A stretch of DNA of 64,000 bases from Adineta vaga (lineage: Eukaryota; Animalia; Rotifera), in the NCBI GenBank assembly GCA_021613535.1, contig CP075496.1, positions 12,772,001 through 12,836,000 on the forward strand, given 5' to 3'. Of this stretch, positions 25,143 to 41,040 are shown piece after piece (within the stretch, counting starts at the first letter, position 1; each line of letters opens with the position of its first letter). Under the pieces are notes generated by a model, which had not been told where the DNA came from, ran no database searches, and saw nothing but the letters and a program-made list of their open reading frames with translations. Both the position numbers and the translations under genes were made by a program.

Positions 25143-26135
25143 AGTTTTGTTTTTGTAATAAAAAAAAACGATCTTCTAAACAAGCAAAAGGCATTATCTC
25201 ATTTTTCATTTTATCCTTTGAACTGATAAATATTTGATCGAGTTCTAATCAAACTTTACACTATTGACCTTCATGAGTAATGTGAGAAGGTTAACAGATA
25301 ACTATAAGTAGGAATTGTCAATGATTTCTTTTTTTTGATCTATTTTTATGTCAGATATTGACAAAGTCATCGAGAAGAATACTATTGATGACTTTAATAA
25401 ATGATATCGTATATAATAGTTTTCTATTTCAGTTTCTTTTTTCCAAAGAAACTATCAGCAATCTGTCAAGTTATGTTTTCTGTTGATACTGTTGCTAGTT
25501 CGAACGTATCATTTTCTGTTTATTACGATTTCTGATATCTTCTTCGTTTTTTCTTTCCGGAAATACAAATACATGAAATTGTTCGGTTAGTGTAAACTTA
25601 AAGAGATTGTTTACATCTCAAATACGATTAACAAAATGTTGGAAGATATTTTGGTAAATAATCATTAGACTTGTCCTTTAACCGAATGATCTTTTTCCTT
25701 ATTTTCTTGTCATTTATAAGATCAATTAAATGGACCGTATCGAGAAAATCTCTCTGATCAATTAAAATTGATTCGATACCCTCGATGAAGACATTTTGTT
25801 TTTTGTTTTTATATAATAAAATTTTCTTTAATTAAGAATATCGTTAATTTGATATTTACTTTTCATCTATGATAACGAATGCTTCAGTGATCTGTTTTTC
25901 TACATTATTCTATAATAGTCATAACAAGCAGATAAATAGATTGATCGGTTAAACGGCTATTACAAACACATGAATGGATCACTGAATAGGTGAATGTTAC
26001 ATATATATGTGTGTATTTCTTTGCGTAATCAATAAACAAAACAAAGATTAGACACAAATATATACTTTCATCTTTTCGTTAATGAATTTTTGATAGATCT
26101 AAATCGATTAAGCGTCATTCTTTTTCTTTTCTTTC

Positions 26136-26863
26136 TCTGTCTCTCTCTCTCTCCTCTCTATAAAAACCATTAAAGAGTTGTGGGATTACACGTCGAACGA
26201 TTAGCACCTCGATTTGTCTCATATAATTATTAATATTAGAAGAAAAGAATGGTTTGGACCTTCACTTTATATCACATCTGTATACGAAGCAATCTAGTTA
26301 ATCATACGCTTATTAGACGAAAATAGACGATTGATCAAGTTTGTTGGATTGACTAGAGAAAATGAGGCCAATGATTATAGACATCTTATTGAATAAGAAA
26401 AAGAACTAAGAAGGAGAGAGAGAGAGACATACATACATACGTCTATAGAATATATGTCAACTATTGAAAATAGCAAAGGATAGTCGATTATTAAAAAAAA
26501 TGAATCATGGCTTAAGACATGTCAACAACATCAGTTGAATAGAAAGTGTCTTTTTAATTTCATCTGTCATATTACTACTCAATCTATTGATAACAAGTAT
26601 GAAGGCAAGCATAGTTTGGAAGAATAAATAAGACCAACGAACGAGCTCTCATCGAGCGATAATAAACAGTCATATATTTCCATTACGAGGTTTGTTCTCT
26701 CCTTTTTTCCCTCATTTTCTATATCCATATATTAGAGACGCAGTAACAAAAAAAAGAAGGAATAACTCCGATATAAAGACAATGATTGTCTCTAATGTTT
26801 TTTTTTTGTTTCTGAACGTTACTACACTAACAGACAGATAGAGAGAGAGAGAGAAAGGGAGAG
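26136..26863. repeat. (CT)n/(GA)n tracts upstream of the LRR gene
   Basis: CT tract ~26136-26158, GA tracts ~26414-26427 and ~26841-26863; possibly GAGA-type promoter elements. Confidence 0.5.
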
Positions 26864-27114
26864 GAATCAGATCAATAGTTTCGAGTTATTTGATTTGTAT
26901 TTTTCTGTATCATTCTATCCAGGTAAGTGTCATTGATTTTGTCTGATCATATTCATATATTTAAATTGACATATTGGTGGGTGTCATTCTATCTGCATAT
27001 TTTACATATTGTGATTGAATAGCATCATGTTTTCTTTGTTTTTTTTTCTCGATGAAATCAGATTGAAAAATGCTTCGAAGTAATCATTCGAATGATCTTA
27101 ATATTAGATGAATT

Positions 27115-29501
27115 ATGAATTATTCAATTCTTATCTATTTTTTGGTGATATTTATTCGCTTAATAAATACATTCGAATTCGATGATGATCATGATGAAGA
27201 CAAACAAATGGCATTACAAACATGTAAGTCTTATTTTTGACTTGTTTATCTAAGAATTATTGCGAAAAATAAGATGAATAATTAGAAAAGCTTGCAACAC
27301 CTCACGAATAAACGATTCTCTTTTTTTTCTAACGAAGTATTGTTTATATATGTATATATCTTACATAATCTTTCTTCGGATATCCTATCATAGATTATCC
27401 AATTGATCGAACTGTTATTATCTTGAAGACCATGTGAGATAAATCTAATGATTAGATATGATTACCCTCGTTTGTCTTTTCTTGCTTCAATTATTGTTTA
27501 TACATACTGATGTATCGGAACGATTTTGAAAATTTCATCCTATCAATAATCTATCAAGAATTATTCTCGTTTTCTTTTCCATGCATTGTCTTTGACATTC
27601 TTTAATCATCGAAGGTTGAAATGATGAATATCTACTTTCTTTTTTTTTAATTATTAATGATTGTTACGTGAAATACTCGTAATATGTTTTCGATATTAGT
27701 CTAATGTATATACAAAAGAAAATGATTGTGATTTGTCAATGTCGATATGTATATAGAAGAAGGAAATTATATGACAACAGTTGTGCATTAGAGAAAACGA
27801 ATGATCGATGTACTTCTTCTCATCAGATGAAGTCAACTAGTATGCTTTTTACTTTGATTAAATCTATGGTCATAATATTTCTTTCTTTATCGTATATTCT
27901 ATTAATAAGTATACCATTAATGAAGTTTTTTTTCTTTTGCCAAGGTTAATCGATGTTTTGAAGATTGAAGAATATTGATTTTGTTTCGGAATAGAAAAAT
28001 GTTTTAAGATATGAATGAATGATGATTATATAAGATTGAAATGTTTCGTAAGTTTTTTTTTAAATAGAAAAGAAAATGAAACAGTACTAGTCAAATAAGG
28101 AGAGGTTGATAAGACTATAATTTTCGAAATAAAATATAATTACTATTTTCAATCGATTGTATTCTCTCTCTCTTAGCATTGCCCATATTTGAACCAATTC
28201 AACATTTAACTTCATCAATATTTGATACATTATCTCAATCGAATCTAACCTTTAATTCAATTATATTTCCTGATCAAACAATTAATCTAGATGGTTTGGG
28301 AATACATAGTATCGAATCAGATACATTCGTCAATTGTCCATTGCCAATAACAACAATGATTTTATCATCAAACTATTTATCCGATCTTCCAAATAATCTT
28401 TTGCATATTTTTAGTTCAACATTAATTCATCTTAATCTTCAACATAATCAATTTCGTTCATTAGATAATTCTTATTTTCTTCGTCGATTAGAATATCTTC
28501 GAACATTAGATTTAAGTAAAAATCAATTATATGAATTACATAAACAAGATTTTATTGGTCTTAAACGATTAGAAACATTAATTTTACGTGAAAATAAACT
28601 AACATATTTAACATCTGCTCTATTTAGTCGTTGTCGTACAATTACAACACTTGATCTATCCGATAATCAAATATCTCGTATTGATTCACATACATTTCGT
28701 TCATTATATCGTTTAAAAGTTCTTCTATTGAGTAATAATCCATTGGGACAACGTTCATTAACAAATCATCTCTTAGAACCATTGAAAAATCTTGAATATT
28801 TTGATCTTGAAAATACTCAACTCGATAATCTTCCACCATTTCTCTTCATATCCAATCAACGTTTACAATCCATTAAATTACGACGAAATAATTTTCATAC
28901 AAGTTTATCCGATTCGTCTCATAGTTTACAACGAACATTTTGTCATGCACATTCATTAATTGAAATCGACCTTGTTAGTACACATCTACGTACATTAGAT
29001 GTTTGTACATATGATCAACTTCCATCACTACGTCGATTATATTTAATGAATAATCCACTTCATTGTTCATGTGATTTATTTTATTTAAAATATGGAGATA
29101 TTTATCGAGTTTTATTAACAGATGATAATGGTGATATTGATCTATATCTTGATCGATGGATATCAAGACCAGAACTTCGTCGTCATTTAGAAAATTCACA
29201 TGCCCGTGGTGATTTTCATCGTTTACCGATTGAATTATCATTATTTGCTCGATGTGCAACACCAAAACAATGGTCTGGACGAGAAGTCGGAAATATATCA
29301 GGTATATTTACTCAATGTCAACAACGATGGTCAATGATCGAAGAAGAATGTCAGAATTATTGTCAATTAGAACAAGAAATTCCAACGTCTACACTGACAA
29401 TTAATAATAATAATAATAATTCATCCGAATTTCGAATATCTTTTATTCTTACATATTTTATTCAAATTCTATTTGTTCTTTCGTTTTGGTTGATTCATTG
29501 A
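27115..29501 (+). CDS. Extracellular leucine-rich-repeat protein with LRRCT, probably GPI-anchored
   Basis: Signal-peptide exon 27115-27223 (MNYSILIYFLVIFIRLINT..) splices in phase to 28177. About 9 LxxLxLxxN repeats, NPLHCSCDL cap and a hydrophobic C-terminus with no cytoplasmic tail. Confidence 0.88.
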
Positions 29502-29680
29502 TCTTCCGGTGATGTTTTTTTACGATAGTATTTCGTTACTAGTTATATTTTTTTCATTCATTCATTCATAACTAGAAATTTCAATAAATAGAGCATTGTG
29601 CTTGAAAGAAAGAAAGAAGAATTCTAAGATGATATTCGCGCTTTTACGAATTTTATTTCAAGTGAAGATTTTTAATCACG

Positions 29681-30340
29681 ATGAAATTTTCATTTATTTA
29701 TTCAATCATTTGTATGATTGTAATTCTTAGTTGTTCATTGAAGATAACTTCGAATGAAACATCTACGATGTATTTTGATCAAAAGGATACGATGGATCAA
29801 CAATCGATGAATATGATTATTCGTATGATTACTTTTCGTTCGAATGAAAATTCGTCGAATAGTTCAGTATTGAATAAAGAAACGATTTTATTATCATTCA
29901 GAAAGACGGATGATTTAAGTGAACAAACTTCAGAAAATATTCAACATACATTTCTACACTTAATAATTCAGTCATTATTGAATCGAATTGATTCAACACA
30001 AAAATTCGACCAAGTTTGAATGAAATATTTCTAAATCTTTAATCATCTATTCTTATAACGTTATATATAGACTAGTGAAAAACGAAATACAACTGAAGAT
30101 CAAATTGAACAAATGATAATTGTCGCTTTTATAATTCTAAGTGGTTTAGTGATTTCACTAATGATAATTCTGTAAATATTTCTTATTTTTTCTTCTACAT
30201 ATTTTATATGATCCATTTTATGTAGAATTTTTCATCGTGCACGTCGAAATATTCGAAACAAATTTCATATCACTCGTGTTGATTCATTGTTATTGAATGA
30301 TAAAAAGAACTATGAAGAAACAATCAAATTACTTTCTTAA
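29681..30340 (+). CDS. Small type I single-pass membrane protein, unknown function
   Basis: Three exons: signal peptide with N-glycosylation sequons, TM MIIVAFIILSGLVISLMIILIF, basic HRARR stop-transfer and short tail ending YEETIKLLS. Confidence 0.7.
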
Positions 30341-30573
30341 ACTAATCTTTTGTTTGTTCTGTTTTCATCTATCGAATCATAAATAAATAAAATCGAACTT
30401 TTTTGACATACATAAATTGAAATGAGTGACATCTAGATTCTCTAGACATCACTGGTAAAATTATCGTATGATAAAGTTGGTTTTAAGAGAGGAAAAGACT
30501 CCATCCATTGTCGATGTAAAATACCGATAATGATGTGTCCTACTTTATTTTCTTGATCGATTTTTTTTCTCCA

Positions 30574-32020
30574 ATGGCATCAATATCTCAAATACCTTCT
30601 TATAATAATTTATCACGTTGTGTTTATATTGGTAATACTACATCGATCAATAATGATATTCTCTTCAATTATTGTTCACAATTTGGATCTATTAGTTCAT
30701 CTTCATTTGGAAGAGAAAAATTTTGTGATTTTCATATTTTTGAATTTACTCATTATGAACAATTGACAAATTTTCTTCAAATATCAAATCATTGTATAAA
30801 TAATCGTATTCTTGAAGTTAAATTATATAAAAATATTCTGATAAATAATGATATTTTACATCTCGATCGTAAATTCTATATTGGACCGATATTAAATTCA
30901 AATGATATTCATCTAATTGTACAATTTTATCAAAATTTTGATCCAATTTTACAATATTATCTATTGAAACAAGATGAAGAAGAATATTTATTATTACAAT
31001 TTAGTAATCGCCAATCAATATCTACTATCTTTCCAAAACATGCCAATTTCATTACTATTCAACATCGAAAGTTTTTTCTATATAAACCTTTCCATCCGAA
31101 ACAACTTGTTAGGAAAATAATATCAATGAAAAATAAAACAAATCAAATATATATTGATGGTTTAACAGATAAGATTACCAATGAAATGTTAATGTAAATG
31201 AAAGAAAATTTTTTCCGTTCCTTATATATTTATTGATTGATTTTAGAAATCATTTTCATAAACGTACACCTGTTATTGCATGTCATATACTTCCAAATAA
31301 TCCAACTTGTGCAGTGATAGAATTCAATGATGAAACAACTATTCGAAAAATTCTGGATGTACCTGAAGTACGTGTACAAGGAATTATTCTTCGATTAAGC
31401 CAAGCATCACGACATCTTGCTTCCTTATTATTTCCTTCGAATGATAATGAGGAGACTCATGATAATCATACTAAACAATCGACACAAAATTCATCTCCTG
31501 TAACTATTTCACGAATGATTACGACAGATAGTGTTTGCATTTCTTCTCCAGTGTATGTTACATTGATCGAAGAGCTTCTTTTTTTTTTTACTATTATCTT
31601 CTATTTTTAAATAGTCAAAGCGAAGCAGGTTGGTCATCACCACCACGAACTATCATTGATCATTGTCTTCCGATTGAACCACCTTCTAATCAATGCTCAC
31701 CGAAACTTTCTATGATAGATACATCGATGAAAACTGATACAACTTCTGATGTTGATATAAAACCAATTGCAAAAATTCCATCAAATAATCTACTTCGTTT
31801 TTATGAACAATATCAAGTCGAACTTGAACAGATCAAAGATGATTATATGTTAAAATTTGCTAAAGATCGAACATATATTGAACGAGAAATCGATGTTTTA
31901 ATCAATGAGGAACGTCGAACATTTGAAAATTTAAAACAATATTTAAATGATAATCAAAAACGTGCTGAAAAACGACATAATCAAAAACGAAAATCTTATT
32001 CATCTTCATCACATGATTAA
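30574..32020 (+). CDS. Protein with degenerate RRM-like domains and C-terminal coiled coil
   Basis: Three exons; RNP2-like CVYIGN, KFYIGP, QIYIDGL and RNP1-like FHIFEF, CAVIEF. Confidence 0.6.
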
Positions 32021-32420
32021 TTCTCTTCTCGTTTGTATTTCATGTCTGATAATCTTGTCAATAGCTTTGTATTTTTCTTCTAATTTTGAAAAACAAGTTT
32101 CATTAAGTATTAATGGATCAACTATGTTGCTTTTGTGTGATAATAAATTTTTCTTTTTCTATTTTTAGATTTTCGAAATTCAATGATGATCATTGGGAAG
32201 TATCTATTTACGAGATAGTTTCCAACATTGATTCACATGGCAATTTTTTCTTTCTTTCTTTCCTATGATTTTCATTGGTTACACGAGTGACATAAGCTTT
32301 GAAATGTATTACATCAGCCATCGCTTAGTCATGAGAGGAATAAACATCTGCGTTATTTAAAGAAAATGAAGGAGCGAAATCGAAACAGAAAAGTTTATTC
32401 AGTTTTGAGTTATTTCAGAT

Positions 32421-35874
<3,454 letters not shown>

Positions 35875-36014
35875 AGTTTCATTCTATTCAATGCATGAAA
35901 GGAAAAGAACAGTCTATTAACTTGTTATTGTTTTTGATTTATTTAAGAAATAAAACATATATATTCAACACTTTTATGGATACGTTGTATTTTTGTTTTC
36001 TTATTTGTTTACAG

Positions 36015-36894
36015 ATGAGTTCATCGAAAGAATCGACTAGTAAGTTTTAATAAAGAGAAAGAAAATATTTGCTTTATTGTCTATTGAAAAGAGGATAATA
36101 ATAATAATAATCATGATGATGATGATAATAATAGAAATGATTCGGTCAAAGATGAACAAGTTCGAAAAGATATTCGAATATTAACAACAAGATTATCAGA
36201 TATGAAAGAAAGATTTATGAAAATTATACAGAAAATTAATGAAGATTCAGTTGGATTTATTGATCAAACATCTGATGAAGGCAAATGATCTAATTGTTTA
36301 TTTTTTCTTGTCTTTGTAATCTATATTCTTTTTTCATTTAATCAGATGATTCAAATAATGAAGAATCAAGTGAGAATCTTTATTTGAATATTTTATAATA
36401 GATTTTTGACGAATGATGATTTTTAGACGATGAAATGATTGTTGATCGAACAAAAAATGGTAAGATTAGAAAAAGAATAACTGAATGTAAAGATATTTCT
36501 AGGCTTAGCAAGCACATCCAATGATGATGTCGATGATGAAATCCATGTAGGAAAATCTCGAATGCGTACAAGAATGTCGCAATTATTAATTGAATCTATT
36601 ATTGAACGTCAATCTCGTCAAAATGAATATCTCAAACATATTCATAATTATCCAAAAATAATGCAATATTTAGTTAATGATAGTCCAGATTGTAGTAATA
36701 TTTCTCTTCGATACATTGAACCATTTATTAAAGAGCATGTAAGTTTTCATGTCTTGTTCCTCTTACTGTTTAATTATTGTTTTCTCATTTCTTTTCAATC
36801 TTAGGTCGACAAAACTCCTACTGCTAAAATCTACGATAGAATCAATAGTCAAATTCAAACTATTCGTCGTAAATATATCAAAAGTCGTGAATAA
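36015..36894 (+). CDS. Orphan acidic N-terminal / helical C-terminal protein, about 6 exons including a GC-AG intron
   Basis: In-frame splicing from ATG 36015 (MSSSKEST) to ..IQTIRRKYIKSRE* at 36894. Confidence 0.6.
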
Positions 36895-37451
36895 AACATC
36901 TCTTTGTATAGTTATTCTCTCTCTCTCTTTTTTTTGTTTGTTATGGATCAATTCTGTTCGATATAATGTAGTCTGAAATATATTCTGTTAGAATAACGAT
37001 GAAATGCTCGTTTAATACAAATTCTATGATCGTTGTTCTTGACATTCGTTCAATCTAATGCTAAAAAAAATATAAATAAGCGTTTTTTTCCTATTTCAAA
37101 TATGGAATTTTTAAGTTAGTGTTGCTATGAAACAGAAAAGAACGTTTTATCGTTCGAGTCCAGTGGTTTTGTTAAACACTAAATTTCAAAGACAATCAAA
37201 GTAAGTTTACTAATTTTTTGAACAACAGAATTCATATGCATTGAATTTTGTCTTTAAATTATTCCTGAGAAGTAGCCTTCATCGATCTCTCTCTCTCTCT
37301 ATTCTGATTAGTTTACATAGTCAACAACAATATTTACTCATCTGGTTATTTTTTTCAAAAAGTTTTAACGTCAATTGATTTCTTCAAACTTTTTCTTATT
37401 CTCTTGTATTTTTTACCTCACATAAACTTCACACATTTATTTGGATATTTA

Positions 37452-38239
37452 ATGTCTTTTACAACCAAATCTAATCATGTCGATCGTGATGATTATTCAG
37501 CTGATCATTATGCTGATTTCATTCGTAATCCACATCGTACTCGTTTAACATTTGATTTACTTGATATTGCTAAACGGCAACATCAACGGAAAGAAAAACT
37601 TCTTTCTCAAGCTCATACAATTAGAATGAAAGAACATGTTCGAATTGAAAATGGTTTCTTGAGAAAACTCGAAAGTAATCAGCAGATTGCAAATTTACCG
37701 TTTGTTAGAAAAACTTTACGAGATCGACATCGTCAAGGTTTAACTCCATCACCTCCACCATTATCAACACGTCAATGTCAAGACAAGCCACAAGCGATTG
37801 AACAAAAAGAGAAATCTCGATCAAGTACACGACCACCATCTGCTCGTACAGAACGATTAAATGCAAATTTGGAAAAATTTGATCAAGCAAATCAAGTATT
37901 ATGTTAGATAGGACATATTTATTGAACTCGTTTGTTTAGAATTTGATCATAAAACACATGACATACAATGATCAAAAAGAGTAAAACGTCAATAAAATGC
38001 ACAAAAAAAGAAAACCTTTTCTCCGTAGAAATGATTTTAATCGATCATCAATTGAATCTTATGAGGATGCACGTTTGTCCAATGCCCAACTACATACTTT
38101 CCATAAACATTCTAAAATATTGAGAAAAACGTTTTTCAATCAAAATCATTTGAATTCAATTCGTTACTTACGTCGTCCACGTTTTTGTAAACCATGTGCA
38201 CGAGCATCAAATGGTTCAGATGCTGAATTGTCGTCATGA
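37452..38239 (+). CDS. Orphan basic protein, 3 exons
   Basis: ATG 37452; in-frame splicing across introns ~37896-37939 and ~37981-38028 into the 38239 stop. Confidence 0.6.
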
Positions 38240-40086
38240 AATAAATTTTCCGTATGTAAAAGTTTAGCAAGAAATTCATCTTTTGGTTCGATATCAAAAT
38301 CCGACCAAAGATTCCCCTACGAAAAGATGCATAGAAAGAGATGTTTTCATTGGAATCGAAATTCTTCATCTTCTTCTTACCTGTAGATGATTTAAACTAT
38401 AACAATTGATGAGAAACATTTGTATGCAAATCATACATAAGATCATTGTGATTTTTGACATGATAGAAATTAAGGATGACTGGAATTGAGATGCTAAAAT
38501 CAAAACTAAGAATGTTATTCAAAATAATTTTAAATCAAAAATAAATATATTATGAGAATACTTCCGACATTTATAGTTCGCCTAATTGAATATATGTTCA
38601 ACGAACTATGGAGTATAAATCATATGAATGTCATACTTTTATATACCTATATCTAATGAGATAAATTAACCCATAATGTTCTCTCTTTCTTCCGACTGTA
38701 AATTACAGATGAACTAACTTTGACTCAAAGTTAAAAAAAAAAGTGAAAATCATACATTTATCGCCCACTTTCTTTTTCTTTTTTTATATCTTATTAATTA
38801 ATCGTTTGATTTCGAGTAAGACGTAATTACAAAGAAACATTTCATATGTCAATGATAGAGAAAGATTACGAATATTTTAATTGGAGAGTTCGATTTGAAA
38901 CGAAGATTAAACTTACAGATAATGAAAGAGTAGAAATTACATGATATTAATAGATATTGAACAAAAGACTTCTTTTCTATATCAAATATTTTTACGGTCT
39001 AAATGAAACCTTGCTTTTTAGCACGAGCGGAAATAAAAGAAACTATCTTTACTATTTGAATTTGCTTTCAGCGTGACAAAACTAAACAGAACTATGTTGA
39101 TGATAATCAAACATTAAAAGGAATTAACTAAAGAGAATTCTCTTGTTTTTCTTCACTTCCGGTTCTGTGTAAAACATGCAATGTTATTTTAAACGATAAT
39201 TTACTCTTTTAGGACATATTAAATTCTTCTTTTTCAAATATGAATACATTTATGTAATATTCAGATGAATCATTATTTACTGAGGAAGAAATTCGATTTT
39301 AACAGTAAACAGAAAAATCACTCAAATAGTTTTAAAGATAGAAACAATATCGCTGATTTTATATGTTCTTGATATGGTTAAACAACATGAAGTATCATTA
39401 GAACATATATAACGGAAGCTGTCTAGGATAGTTTCATAGTTGAACATATAATTATCAGTTAAACTATACTTATATTAAAAAAAAACAGATGTAAAATATT
39501 GTGCCCTTTTTTCGAATATAATGACTTTACTTCTAGAACTCAACTAACAAAAGTTGATGTCATCGTGATTAGTTTATATTCAGTGTTGATTTTATTTCAT
39601 CCACGTTGAAAGAGTTTTTCTTTAATATTAAACAGATTTATGAAAATTTGCTTGCACGAATAGTCAATATTTTTTCATGTGTATATTCATTTCATTGATA
39701 GCAAGCATGATTTTGTTTTATAATAAATTATATTTCCAGTAGATCGCGTACTGATTGGTATTGACGTGACGTTACGTGACAAATAATTACTATTTCAAAG
39801 AGGTTTTAAACAACAATCTATGAAAATTGGATTGAAATTATCGGTAACTAAAATTTTCAATGAATAGCTTGTGAATTGATTAAAATAAATGTTAACTATA
39901 AAGTTTTCTCCATATGATTCATACTATTTCACTATTGGAACAATAAATAAACCATCCGCAGAATCTCGACAATTAACCAATCGAACGATTCGTTTATTGG
40001 TTGCTTGTTGTAGTGCTTAGCCATACCTTTTTTATCCTAAGCTTTTTTATTTCATTAATTTGATATTGTTGTGAACTATAGTCTAA

Positions 40087-40635
40087 ATGAATTCATCGCA
40101 TTATACAAAAGATCTTCGTATTTGTGATGATTATCTTCAATTCCAAAATCATTTAAAAGATTCAAGAAAATTAGATGATTTAATTATTAATACACTGAAT
40201 ACAACTGTTCTTACAGCTACATTTCGTTCTCAAGGTTCAGATGCTACCAAACAATGTCAACAACTTGGAGATGAAGTATATTATTTCATCACTAAATTTC
40301 CTTTATAAATTTTTAATTCGTCTTTAGATTGCATCACGTGCAGCATATCGTAATGAATTAATTGCGTCATGTTTATCTCGTACTAATGATTTAATGGCAC
40401 AAAATGATATGAATGAGAATCATCGAAAAGCATTGATTTTTCAACGACGACAATTACAAAATGAACGTAATGTTGAAGAAATTGTTAGTACAAATACAGA
40501 AAAGGTTAGACAAAATGAAAAAATTTCTTTATAAATTTGATCTTTTCGTATGTATATATATAGACATTCTATGAACGTTGTCGTGATTTTTATACACCTT
40601 CAAAATCTGGAACAACAACTGCATTGATGAAATGA
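40087..40635 (+). CDS. MIX23: MIX23 / CCDC58 mitochondrial IMS protein
   Basis: CDDYLQFQNHLKDSRKLDDLIINTLNTT..C..L..RNELIASC..LQNERNVEEIV..FYERC (Cx14C and terminal Cys pattern); three exons. Confidence 0.85.
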
Positions 40636-41040
40636 TTGTTATCAAAGCTAATCTAGTACGAAGAACCGTAGTATCTGTGTGTGTGTAGGCAACTTGCCAG
40701 TTACAGTGGTGATGTTATCTACTATAGTTTCAGAGTTTTGTTTTGTTTTCTTCCCTACACCTGTTCTTTTTGTGCTTTCATATTGGAATGGATATGATCC
40801 TTCTTCTTGTTGTTCTTTTTTTCTATTTCATTTATAGGTAATAAAAAGATTTTCATCATGTTTGTTCTTTTTTTAAATTACAATGTTCGGTTCTTGAGTT
40901 ACATATAAAAGCTTTATGGAGATTTGTGAAAGAATTGTTCCGTAAGAGTGAAATTCGAATATGTAAAATTGATTTTTGTTTTTAGAATAGAGAATTTCTT
41001 CAAACTGCCGTCGAAATTCGTGTTTTTGATTCCGATTTTG

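Noticed and set aside
37121-37133. GTTGCTATGAAAC as an RFX X-box
   Set aside because: Imperfect second half-site and the downstream orphan is not known to be ciliary.
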